Assembly (NCBI GenBank): GCA_963804425.1
Contig: CAWDQF010000007.1
Coordinates: 1,028,457 to 1,092,456, forward strand
Length of the DNA stretch: 64,000 nucleotides
Source: an uncultured Verrucomicrobiae bacterium
Lineage (GTDB): Bacteria > Verrucomicrobiota > Verrucomicrobiia > Chthoniobacterales > JAFAMB01
Direction of reading: 5' to 3'
How positions within the stretch are numbered: the first letter of the stretch is position 1; each line of letters opens with the position of its first letter. Below, in pieces: positions 1 to 7,681 of this stretch. The translations under genes were made by a program, and so were the position numbers. Under the pieces are notes generated by a model. It had not been told where the DNA came from. It saw only the letters and a list, made by a program, of their open reading frames with translations, and did not search any database.

Positions 1-882
1 TGCGGATGAGCCAGATATGTTGGTGATGCGGCTCGCCAGGCAACCTCCGGTACACGATTCGGCGACGGCGACCGTTTCTCTTCGTCTGGTCAACAGTTCC
101 ACCACGATCTCTTCCAACTCCTTCCCGTCGGTACTGATTATATACGGATCGAGCTTATCTCGAACGATCTTGGATCCCCGCTCGACCGCGGCACTGGTGC
201 CGATGATCCTGAAGTCTACCGCGCCGATGCGGGCACAATATCCGACTTCAAGCCCGGCAATCGGTTCCAGGTCAGCTCCCACCAATTCTTGAATAAACGA
301 CTCTCCAATTCCACTTGTTCGAAAGATTATGGCTCGCAGGTCCGGGTTGCCGACCAGCTCTTTAATTATCGGGCTTGCGTAAACCTCAAACATTGGTCGC
401 AATTCTCGCGGAGGGCCGGGAAGTAGAAAGAGGTCCGGATAGCCGGAAGTTGCCGGGAGATAAAGCCCGGGTGCTGTGCCGAAATCGTTTGGCAAAACGG
501 TACTGCCCTCCGGCACGTAGGCTTGGCGTTTGATCGGGTCGCTGAGACGCAACCCTCGCTGGGCAAAGCGCGCCTCGATTCTGGAGAAGACACGTTCATC
601 GAAGCGGAGCGACCGGCCGGTCAATTCCGCAACGATTTCCCGTGTCAGGTCGTCAGAGGTGGGCCCCAATCCACCGGTTATCAGGATTAGTCGACTACGG
701 GAGGCTGCTTCCCGAATGACATCGGCGATCGCTAGACCATCCGGAATAGTCGTCTGCCGATTGACGCGAAGCCCGAGCGAAAAAAGCTGCTGTCCGAGGT
801 ACGCGAGGTGGGTGTTCACCACGCTACCGAACAAAAGTTCCGTACCCGTATTGACGATTTCTACCGGCCACTCGGCACTCAT
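1..882 (-). CDS. cinA: CinA-family protein (MoCF-binding domain plus PncC-type nicotinamide-nucleotide amidase domain); 3' end cut by the window edge
   Basis: Absent from the ORF track because it runs off the left edge. My minus-strand translation from ATG 882..880 is stop-free to nt 1: MSAEWPVEIVNTGTELLFGSVVNTHLAYLG...LILITGGLGPTSDDLTREIVAEL...AVAESCTGGCLASRITNISGSSA. ATGA overlap with the stop (881..879) of the upstream ORF. Confidence 0.85.
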   Translation of the reverse strand, partial: MSAEWPVEIVNTGTELLFGSVVNTHLAYLGQQLFSLGLRVNRQTTIPDGLAIADVIREAASRSRLILITGGLGPTSDDLTREIVAELTGRSLRFDERVFSRIEARFAQRGLRLSDPIKRQAYVPEGSTVLPNDFGTAPGLYLPATSGYPDLFLLPGPPRELRPMFEVYASPIIKELVGNPDLRAIIFRTSGIGESFIQELVGADLEPIAGLEVGYCARIGAVDFRIIGTSAAVERGSKIVRDKLDPYIISTDGKELEEIVVELLTRRRETVAVAESCTGGCLASRITNISGSSA

Positions 883-1703
883 ACCTTATTGAGCAGGCGG
901 ATCCACGACGAAAGCCTTGTCGATTGCTCAAACTCCTCTTCACCCTCGAGGATATATGCCAGGTTTGCCAGAATCTGCGTGAGAATAAGTCTCGGACTAA
1001 CGGGGTCCAAACTGCCCGGCTCAACCGGTAGATTTTGACGACGGAAAACGTTGTGGCAGTCCCGAACTGAAAGAATCTGCGCACCATGAAACGGATCGAA
1101 CAGGACGCTGCCGTGGCGCACAATAAAGTGACCCGGCAAACTCACGCCTTCGATGATCCATCCGGCCCGAGCTGCGACGAACATGTAGATGAGTGAGAGT
1201 GAGGATGGGATTCCTTTGCGCGCATCAATGACGAAAGGGAGAAGCGCATTCTTTACATCGAAATAATCTTCCGAATTCCCTTTAAATCCGAGTTGTTTGG
1301 CGAAAAAATCTCTGAAGATTTGGACCCGGATGAGATCGGACGGTGCGGATGTTGTCTTCGCGCGCAGCTCGGAAGCCCAGCGCTCAAATTGCCGCGTGTA
1401 GGCGGCAACATCGAGGCCGGGCAAAAAAAATTGGGCCAGCAGCCAGCAAGCTTCTTCCAGATCTCGAGACGAAGAAAAGTTGAAGCAGAGGGCTTCCAAT
1501 TTCTTCTGGGCATCCTCCGCTTCAATCTCCGCGATCACATCCTGGACGTGGCCGCCCACGAGATTGTCACCGCCGTCTAGTAACTCGCGGAGGTCGGAAA
1601 TAATCGTGGGTCCGAAGGAAATTAACTGGCGTTTGGTCAGATCAATCGTTGCTGGATCATCGTCTGTCAGTAAGCGAACAATCGCATCCCGATGCTTCAA
1701 CAT
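879..1703 (-). CDS. Transglutaminase-like / SirB1 (YchA)-family protein
   Basis: 274-aa ORF with an ATG start. The block FFAKQLGFKGNSEDYFDVKNALLPFVIDARKGIPSSLSLIYMFVAARAGWIIEGVSLPGHFIVR resembles the SirB1/transglutaminase-like family (recognised from memory). It sits in an operon-like array with cinA. Confidence 0.55.
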   Translation of the reverse strand: MLKHRDAIVRLLTDDDPATIDLTKRQLISFGPTIISDLRELLDGGDNLVGGHVQDVIAEIEAEDAQKKLEALCFNFSSSRDLEEACWLLAQFFLPGLDVAAYTRQFERWASELRAKTTSAPSDLIRVQIFRDFFAKQLGFKGNSEDYFDVKNALLPFVIDARKGIPSSLSLIYMFVAARAGWIIEGVSLPGHFIVRHGSVLFDPFHGAQILSVRDCHNVFRRQNLPVEPGSLDPVSPRLILTQILANLAYILEGEEEFEQSTRLSSWIRLLNKV

Positions 1704-1718
1704 AGCGGCTCGTTTCGA

Positions 1719-2066
1719 TCAGACAGAATGACTTACCCGCGGCGCGTCGCTCCAGAGATTCTCTAACGCGTAAAATCTGCGTTTCTCAGCTCGGAAAACA
1801 TGGATTAACACGTCGCTGTAGTCGATCACCAGCCACTGGCTCGCCGGGACTCCCTCCGAGGCGAGTGGGGATAGGCCGAATCGTTGATGCAATCCTTCCC
1901 GAATCCCGGAACTAATAGCTTTGAGATGCGGCTCGGAAGTGGCCGAACAAATCACGAAATAATCGGTAAAGGACGAGATCCCGCGCAAGTCAAGGACAAC
2001 AATATCTTCGGCCTTTTTGTCCTCGGCAAGTTCTGCGCAGTGCCGTACTAACTCCTCCGGGCCGAT
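1719..2066 (-). CDS. rsfS: Ribosomal silencing factor RsfS (iojap family); start placed at in-frame ATC 2066..2064
   Basis: The track ORF 1719..1988 (TTG start) contains DYFVICSATSEPHLKAI...WLVIDYSDVLIHVFRAEKRRFYALENLWSDA, typical of RsfS. The frame stays open upstream through AELAEDKKAEDIVVLDL, which is also RsfS-like. The nadD-rsfS pairing is classic. The exact start is uncertain. Confidence 0.8.
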   Translation of the reverse strand: MGPEELVRHCAELAEDKKAEDIVVLDLRGISSFTDYFVICSATSEPHLKAISSGIREGLHQRFGLSPLASEGVPASQWLVIDYSDVLIHVFRAEKRRFYALENLWSDAPRVSHSV

Positions 2067-2632
2067 AAGCGCTCTCCTTGATAAAGGTTATGGTCGTGAA
2101 TATAGCGCAAGACAACTTCTGGAACCAGATACGTGATCGGCTGACGATTGGCAACTCTGTTTCTGATTTCCGTCGCGGAGATCTCAAAATGGCGACGGAT
2201 GACAGGGAAGCGTTTTGGTAAACGCTTGTCCGTTCGGCTCAGTACAATGAACCGGACCAGCTTCTCTAGTTCACCGAATCGATGCCATTCCGGCAAGTGA
2301 TCAGCGTTGTCTTCACCCAAGAGAAAAAAGAGTTCCGAGTCGGGGAATTTTTTTCGGATGGCCAGGACGGTATCGATCGAGAAGGAAGTACCGCCGCGAT
2401 CAACTTCCAGAGAGTCGACGATGAATCCCGGCTCGTTCTGGATCGCCAACTTCACCATTTTTAAACGGTGCGTTGCTGGAGCGGTCTGATGATTTGTCTT
2501 GAATGGTGATTCAGCGGCTGGAACGAAAGCCACCAGGTCCAAGTGTAGCTCTTCCAAGGCTTGCCGCGCGAGAATCAGATGTCCGTGATGAATCGGATCA
2601 AATGTGCCGCCGTAAATCGCAATCTTCATCAA
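2048..2632 (-). CDS. nadD: Nicotinate-nucleotide adenylyltransferase
   Basis: MMKIAIYGGTFDPIHHGHL (HxGH nucleotidyltransferase motif) and ISATEIRNRV near the C-terminus. 194 aa. Confidence 0.9.
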   Translation of the reverse strand: MMKIAIYGGTFDPIHHGHLILARQALEELHLDLVAFVPAAESPFKTNHQTAPATHRLKMVKLAIQNEPGFIVDSLEVDRGGTSFSIDTVLAIRKKFPDSELFFLLGEDNADHLPEWHRFGELEKLVRFIVLSRTDKRLPKRFPVIRRHFEISATEIRNRVANRQPITYLVPEVVLRYIHDHNLYQGERLSARRS

Positions 2633-2710
2633 TTTCTGACCGAATTAATACGGAACGCGAAAAGTTATCATCGCCATCTGCCGACTCTCCCTTATCATGC
2701 GGTTCAGCCT

Positions 2711-3811
2711 ATGGAACGAAGCGATTTAGGTCAACTTATGCTCGTAGGGGTTCCCGGTCCCGAGCTGGATCCGGAGACCGCAGACGCTTTTCGGCAAATT
2801 CAGCCCGGTGGTTTCGTGCTATTTGGTCGGAACATCCGAAACCCCGGCCAGCTTAGAAAATTGATCGACGATTTGCGTGACCTCTGCACGGTCGAGCCAA
2901 TCCTGGCAATCGACCAGGAAGGCGGCCGGGTTTCACGTCTCAAAGTGATCGGCCATGAACCTCCCAACGCTCAGCAGCTTCGACAAAAAGGTGATCAAAA
3001 CTTAATTCGTCTCCATGGGAAGCTCACTGGCAATTTGCTCCGAGTATTTGGGTTCAACCTTGATCTCTGTCCTGTATTGGACATTTCCTTCGACGATGCC
3101 GCGGACAATTCCCTGCGCGGCAGATGCTTTGGCACTTCGGTAACCCAAGTGATCGAATTGGCTGGCGCTTTCCATGATGGACTACTGTCGACCGGTATTC
3201 TGACTTGCGGAAAACATTTTCCCGGATACGCGGCGGCCGGTTTAGATCCACATCACGACCTGCCGACCATCGAACGTTCGCGAGCCGAACTGGAGGCGTG
3301 CGAACTGGCGATCTTTCGAGCATTTGCTGGTCGGGTCTCAAGCATGATGATCGCGCACGCCTGGTATCCCGCTTTGGATCCTGAAAAGATTCCGGCCTCT
3401 CTATCGCGCAGAGTGGTGACCGATCTACTTAAGGAAGAGCTCGGTTTTGCCGGGCTAGTCATGACGGACGATCTCGATATGGGTGCGATTATCAACGAGG
3501 TCGGGTTCAGCGAAGCGATCACTCGGTCGGTCGCGGCTGGAAATGATCTGGTGCTGATTTGCCATCGGATTTCCATGATGCGCGAGGCCTATGAGACGCT
3601 TCATCGCCTTCCTGGAAGGCTGCTGGACCCCGCGCTCGCCGCGATCAGTACTATCAAGCGGCATCTTCCTCCCGCTCGTCCGTTTTCCGAACAAGACTTT
3701 CGAGCCTTGGACGACCAAGTCTGGGATCTGCGGGTTGCTGTGCTGGGACCAGAGCTGGCAAAGCAGCGAAGTCCTGACGACGGCAAACGGTCGCCGGTGG
3801 AGGTGTATTGA
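2711..3811 (+). CDS. nagZ: Beta-N-acetylhexosaminidase, glycoside hydrolase family 3
   Basis: GH3 N-terminal domain strings AIDQEGGRVSRL, KHFPGYAAAG and VMTDDLDMGA. I start at ATG 2711 (MERSDLGQLMLVG), because the track start at 2561 would overlap the divergent nadD. Confidence 0.8.
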   Translation: MERSDLGQLMLVGVPGPELDPETADAFRQIQPGGFVLFGRNIRNPGQLRKLIDDLRDLCTVEPILAIDQEGGRVSRLKVIGHEPPNAQQLRQKGDQNLIRLHGKLTGNLLRVFGFNLDLCPVLDISFDDAADNSLRGRCFGTSVTQVIELAGAFHDGLLSTGILTCGKHFPGYAAAGLDPHHDLPTIERSRAELEACELAIFRAFAGRVSSMMIAHAWYPALDPEKIPASLSRRVVTDLLKEELGFAGLVMTDDLDMGAIINEVGFSEAITRSVAAGNDLVLICHRISMMREAYETLHRLPGRLLDPALAAISTIKRHLPPARPFSEQDFRALDDQVWDLRVAVLGPELAKQRSPDDGKRSPVEVY

Positions 3812-3878
3812 GGGTTCGAGTTAACGGTTACAGGTTGGAAGTTAGCGATGCGCGATCGACCGCGAACTGGCTATCAAC

Positions 3879-4020
3879 GCCGATAAAGCGCACTCGGTAA
3901 ATATCGCTGCATCTTGCGGTCCTTCAGATCGGACGCTCTGTAAATTTACGAACCAGGCTAAAGCCGGCTAAATCCTGGGCTATGTTCCCATGGCCCTTCG
4001 GGCCGCAAACGAGCAACGGC
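3879..4020 (+). repeat. Dispersed repeat family R1, uninterrupted copy (about 140 bp)
   Basis: Aligns by eye at roughly 85 percent identity to the reverse complement of 6306..6392 joined to 5645..5699. Contains the hairpin GGCCCTTCGGGCC. Confidence 0.65.
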
Positions 4021-4189
4021 TAACCTGGGCAATTTTCTCGGGGCCGTTCCTTCGTCCCGCCGGCGCTCTGCCATGGCGCGGACTTATTGGTCCACGGGTG
4101 CGCCGTAGCTCGGAGAGCGGAGGCGACCTCCTGACTTCGGCGGACAGGTCGGGGCGATGACGCCAACTGCTCCGATACGCCGTTCGCCC

Positions 4190-4224
4190 GTTTCCTGTTT
4201 TCCGTTTTCGGTTTCCTGTTCTAG
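4190..4224 (+). repeat. Heptad-periodic pyrimidine-rich tract (GTTTCCT GTTTTCC GTTTTCG GTTTCCT GTTCTAG)
   Basis: Five consecutive 7-nt units read directly from the sequence. The tract ends 13 nt before ATG 4237. Confidence 0.7.
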
Positions 4225-4236
4225 ACTGACGGCACA

Positions 4237-4932
4237 ATGCTGCCCGAGATCGAACAGCTACTGTTGATCCAAGATCGAGACCAGAAAACCAAAGCCTACC
4301 AGATCGAGTTAAGCTCTGTACCACTGGAGCGGCAACGAGTTGAACAAACATTGCAGAACCGAAGCGACGCCTTCGACCAAATCAAACTGCGAGCTAAAGA
4401 AATAGAGGTACACCGAAAAAAACTGGAACTTGACGCCGGCAGTCGGCGAGACACCATCGCCAAATACAAAACTCAACAATCGCAAACCAGAAAGAACGAA
4501 GAATTCCAGATGCTGGGCCAATCGATTGCTCGGCTGGAGCAAGAGATCGACCAAATTGAAGACCAAGAGATAGTGCTGATGGAGCAGGGAGAAGCTGCAA
4601 GTAGAGAAACTCAGCGTGCGGAAGCCGAACTCAAAACGAGTAGAACCCAGGTGGAACAACAACTAACCGCGCTGGCAAAGAAACAGGAGACGTTGGAACA
4701 GCGCCTTCGCGACATTGTGGCGGAGCGGGAAACCTTGGCGGCAGCTATCGACGGGGATTTGCTCGCTCGTTATCAGCGGCTGTTCACGAGCAAAAATGGC
4801 ACACCGATCGTACCGGTGGAGCATGAAGTTTGTATGGGATGCCATATGAAAAATACCACCACCACGGTGCATAAGGCTAAGTTGGCGCGGGAGATCGTCT
4901 ATTGTGAGCAATGCGGCCGGATTTTGTACTAG
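4237..4932 (+). CDS. Zinc-ribbon coiled-coil protein (COG1579/DUF164 type)
   Basis: Long heptad-like coiled-coil N-terminus and a C-terminal CxxC...CxxC motif (VCMGCHM...YCEQCGRILY). ATG start. Confidence 0.75.
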   Translation: MLPEIEQLLLIQDRDQKTKAYQIELSSVPLERQRVEQTLQNRSDAFDQIKLRAKEIEVHRKKLELDAGSRRDTIAKYKTQQSQTRKNEEFQMLGQSIARLEQEIDQIEDQEIVLMEQGEAASRETQRAEAELKTSRTQVEQQLTALAKKQETLEQRLRDIVAERETLAAAIDGDLLARYQRLFTSKNGTPIVPVEHEVCMGCHMKNTTTTVHKAKLAREIVYCEQCGRILY

Positions 4933-4983
4933 TGCGCAATCTGTAGGCTTGGTGCACTGACGCCTTCTTAAGGGGCTTGATCT

Positions 4984-5601
4984 ATGGCTTACGACGCGCG
5001 TCGGCAAGGTGGGTGTGGTTGTTGTGGGCCGGTGGGATGCATCGCCGGGTTGCTCCTGATCATCGCGTTGAGTGTCGCCGCTTTCTTTGCGGTGCGATTT
5101 GTTTGGAATCTTTCCGATCAACCGCTTCCCGCCACCCGTAGCGCCGTTCCCCCAGGCGCCTATCCGCAAGCGCGCCGTAAGTTGAATGATTTCATGGGGA
5201 ATGCGCAGATTCGTTCGGTTTCACTGTCGGAGGCGGATGTCAACGCGATGCTGGAGGATGCACCTGAGCTAGGTTTTCTAGGAAAAGGCGCGACTGTCGG
5301 ATTCCGGGAGGATGAAACCGAATTACGCTTTCGTGTGCCGTTACACTTGCTGCCGTTCAACACCAAATACTTGAACTACGAAGTGTTCCTGCGCCCGATG
5401 ATCTCGTGGGGAAAAGTAACGGTTAATGTTTCGCGAGTTACGAGCGGGGGAAAGCCGCTTGATCCGATCACCTTGCGCGGCTTTAAGGACCAAGCGGAGC
5501 CCTTTCTTAACCAGCTGCTTTCCTGGCTGGACGAAATTCAACAATCCCGCGCGATTCAGAACGTTCGCGTCCAGAATGGCAGTCTCCTGCTCGAACGGTG
5601 A
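4984..5601 (+). CDS. Hypothetical membrane-anchored protein
   Basis: 205-aa ORF with an ATG start, Cys-rich N-terminus and one predicted TM helix (CIAGLLLIIALSVAAFFAVRFVW). I do not recognise a family. Confidence 0.5.
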   Translation: MAYDARRQGGCGCCGPVGCIAGLLLIIALSVAAFFAVRFVWNLSDQPLPATRSAVPPGAYPQARRKLNDFMGNAQIRSVSLSEADVNAMLEDAPELGFLGKGATVGFREDETELRFRVPLHLLPFNTKYLNYEVFLRPMISWGKVTVNVSRVTSGGKPLDPITLRGFKDQAEPFLNQLLSWLDEIQQSRAIQNVRVQNGSLLLER

Positions 5602-5636
5602 GACGGCGTTGTGGCGTAAGCGCGAAACGGCGTAAG

Positions 5637-5699
5637 GGCGTATCGGCCCGTTGGCGTGATCGGCCCGAAGGGCCAAGAAAAGATAGCCCAGACTTCAGG
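5637..5699 (-). repeat. Repeat family R1, interrupted copy, distal part
   Basis: The reverse complement aligns with 3966..4020. The outer end carries GGCGTATCGGC (5637..5647), which is inverted at 6396..6406. Confidence 0.6.
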
Positions 5700-6305
5700 C
5701 CATGCGCGTCAACATAAGGGCCCGGACCAGCAGCAGAGCTGTCTCCCCAGCGTTGAGCAATGGGTGGCGGCCTGTCGGCGGTAGTCCCGCGACGACGACG
5801 AAGGAGGAAGGAACGCAATGAAAGTAGCCGGAAAATCGTCCCGGAGGGACAGAGCGAAAGTAGCCCGGTACGAAGTGCCGGGAAACGAGAAAAAGCCCCT
5901 CCGTCCCGCAGGGACGCTTGATAGTAGCCCGGTACGAAGTGCCGGGTAAGGCGTTGAAGAGGTGATTCGTCTCGCTAGGGACGCTTGATAGTAGCCCGGT
6001 ACGAAGTGCCGGGAAACGAAAAAAAGCCCCTCCGTCCCGCTAGGGACGCTGCGAAAGTAGCCGGTACGAAGTGCCGGGAAGCGAAAAAAAGCGCCTCGGT
6101 CCCGCTAGGGACGGCTGAAATGTTCAGGTCTCTTAGCGGTGTTTGGCTGCCGTTCAATGCCACGTGTCTAAGCGACCCACTTACGATCAAGCGACTCCTT
6201 TCCTCCTTCGTCTCGCTTTCCCGAGACCACGGCGGACAAGCCGGGACGGCGGAGAAGCATCCCTCAGCGTCTTTAGCAGTCACTTCCTTATGTTGACGCG
6301 CATGG
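5700..6305. mobile_element. Non-autonomous MITE-like element, 606 bp, perfect 20-bp terminal inverted repeats
   Basis: 5700..5719 (CCATGCGCGTCAACATAAGG) is the exact reverse complement of 6286..6305. There is no transposase-like ORF inside. It interrupts a copy of repeat R1, whose uninterrupted version is at 3879..4020. Confidence 0.6.
5821..6117 (+). repeat. Tandem array, about 4.5 units of 64-67 bp, each with two conserved hairpins
   Basis: Units start near 5821 (partial), 5857, 5921, 5988 and 6054. The core is (A)TAGTAGCCCGGTACGAAGTGCCGGG...GTCCCGC(T)AGGGACGCT. Confidence 0.85.
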
Positions 6306-6406
6306 GCTAAAGCCCGGGTTCGCAGTTTTACAGAGCGTCCGGTCTGAAGGACCGCAAGCTGTAGCGATATTCACCGATTGCGCTATTGGCAATACGCCGA
6401 TACGCC
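6306..6406 (-). repeat. Repeat family R1, interrupted copy, proximal part
   Basis: The reverse complement CAATCGGTGAATATCGCTACAGCTTGCGGTCCTTCAGACCGGACGCTCTGTAAAACTGCGAACCCGGGCTTTAGCC aligns with 3893..3965. Confidence 0.65.
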
Positions 6407-6463
6407 ATTCCCATCTCAGCGTTTACAGGTGCGCCCTGCTCCATTAAAGAATGGTCTGATTCC

Positions 6464-7588
6464 ATGGCTGCAAAGAAGACCGCCGCATCGCCCCAAAACT
6501 CCCAGATTTACGCCGTCGTCGGCTCCGACGAGGGCGCGGTGAAGAGTCGAGCACGAGAGCTTGCGGAGCAACTCACTCCGAAAGGTACCGGCGATTTCGG
6601 CCAGGATCTCATCGACGGCGGAGCCGAAAACGCCGATCAAGCGGTGAGTCGAATTCATGCAGCGATTGAAGCCGTCCAGACGTTGCCTTTTTTTGGACCG
6701 GGAAAATTGGTTTGGCTGAAGGACGTTAATTTCTGCGGCGACACCGTCACGAGCAGATCTGCTCAGGTTCTGGCTGCTCTCGACCGACTGCAGCAGTTTC
6801 TTTCCGCCGGAATTCCTTCCGATGTCTTTTTCTTGTTGAGTGCGCCCGAAATAGACAAGCGTCGTTCATTTTACAAATCGCTGGCCAAAATGGCGAAGGT
6901 CGAGCAATTCGATCGGATCGACACCAGCCGCTCGGGCTGGGAAGAAGAAGCGGAAAGTTTGGCTCGGAGCCTTGCGGCAGAGCGAGAACTAGTGTTTCAG
7001 CCGGAAGCCTTGGAGATATTTGTCCGGCTGGCTGGCGCCGACACAAGACAGCTCCGGAACGAGCTAGAGAAGATCGATCTTTATCTAGGTGCGAAACGTG
7101 AAATCGATCCGGAATTGGTCCGGAAGCTGGTTGCAAAAACCGCGACGGGCGTCATTTGGGAACTCGGTAATGCGATCGCCAAGCGTCGCCTGTCTGCCAG
7201 CCTGGCTCTCCTGGATCAGCTGTTGTTTCAAGGAGAGACGCCGATCGGAATCCTTTACGCCGCGATCATTCCGACGGTTCGCAATCTGCTGGTCACAAAA
7301 GAGATATTGGAAACCTACGGCGTCAAGCCACCGAGCGCACCTTTTCAATTTAGTGGCGTGATTAATCGACTACCCCAAGCCGCGCAGAACTTCTTGCCAC
7401 GAAGGAAAGACGGAAGCGTGAATGCTTACGGGCTAGGGATCGCGGCGTGCGAAGTCCATCGGTTCTCTCTCGCCCAGCTAGTCTGCGGCTTCGAAGATTG
7501 TCTCAAGGCCAATATCCAGCTGGTGACCACCCAGTTGGAACCGCGCCTCGTCTTGAGCAAGCTGCTCGTGAGTTTGTTGGCCCCGTGA
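6464..7588 (+). CDS. holA: DNA polymerase III subunit delta
   Basis: Length and N-terminal pattern (IYAVVGSDEGAVKSRARELAE...AIEAVQTLPFFGPGKLVWLKD) are typical of HolA. I start at ATG 6464, because the track start (TTG 6386) lies inside repeat R1. Confidence 0.7.
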   Translation: MAAKKTAASPQNSQIYAVVGSDEGAVKSRARELAEQLTPKGTGDFGQDLIDGGAENADQAVSRIHAAIEAVQTLPFFGPGKLVWLKDVNFCGDTVTSRSAQVLAALDRLQQFLSAGIPSDVFFLLSAPEIDKRRSFYKSLAKMAKVEQFDRIDTSRSGWEEEAESLARSLAAERELVFQPEALEIFVRLAGADTRQLRNELEKIDLYLGAKREIDPELVRKLVAKTATGVIWELGNAIAKRRLSASLALLDQLLFQGETPIGILYAAIIPTVRNLLVTKEILETYGVKPPSAPFQFSGVINRLPQAAQNFLPRRKDGSVNAYGLGIAACEVHRFSLAQLVCGFEDCLKANIQLVTTQLEPRLVLSKLLVSLLAP

Positions 7589-7681
7589 ATGATAGTTCCT
7601 GATGGGTAGGGCCGAAACCCGATTCCGCCAAGCCATTCGGTGATGCAAATCCCAGGGAGAAAGACGCACAGGAGTGCATCC

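Noticed and set aside
3980-4351. 123-aa minus-strand ORF in the nagZ / zinc-ribbon spacer.
   Set aside because: It is Arg/Ser/Pro-rich, spans repeat R1 and the heptad tract, and overlaps the start of the zinc-ribbon gene.
5821-6117. Possible CRISPR array: regularly spaced 45-bp repeats with 20-27-nt intervening segments.
   Set aside because: Three of the four intervening segments are near-identical to each other (AAACGAGAAAAAGCCCCTCC, AAACGAAAAAAAGCCCCTCC, AAGCGAAAAAAAGCGCCTCG), so they are part of the repeat unit, not spacers. No cas genes are present. The unit also occurs singly and inverted at 43.8-44.2 kb.
5975-6296. ORFs 5975..6283 (minus strand) and 5985..6296 (plus strand).
   Set aside because: Both are translations of the tandem hairpin repeats inside the MITE-like element. 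The same applies to 43673..44020, 43733..43963 and 43744..43938 in the second repeat locus.
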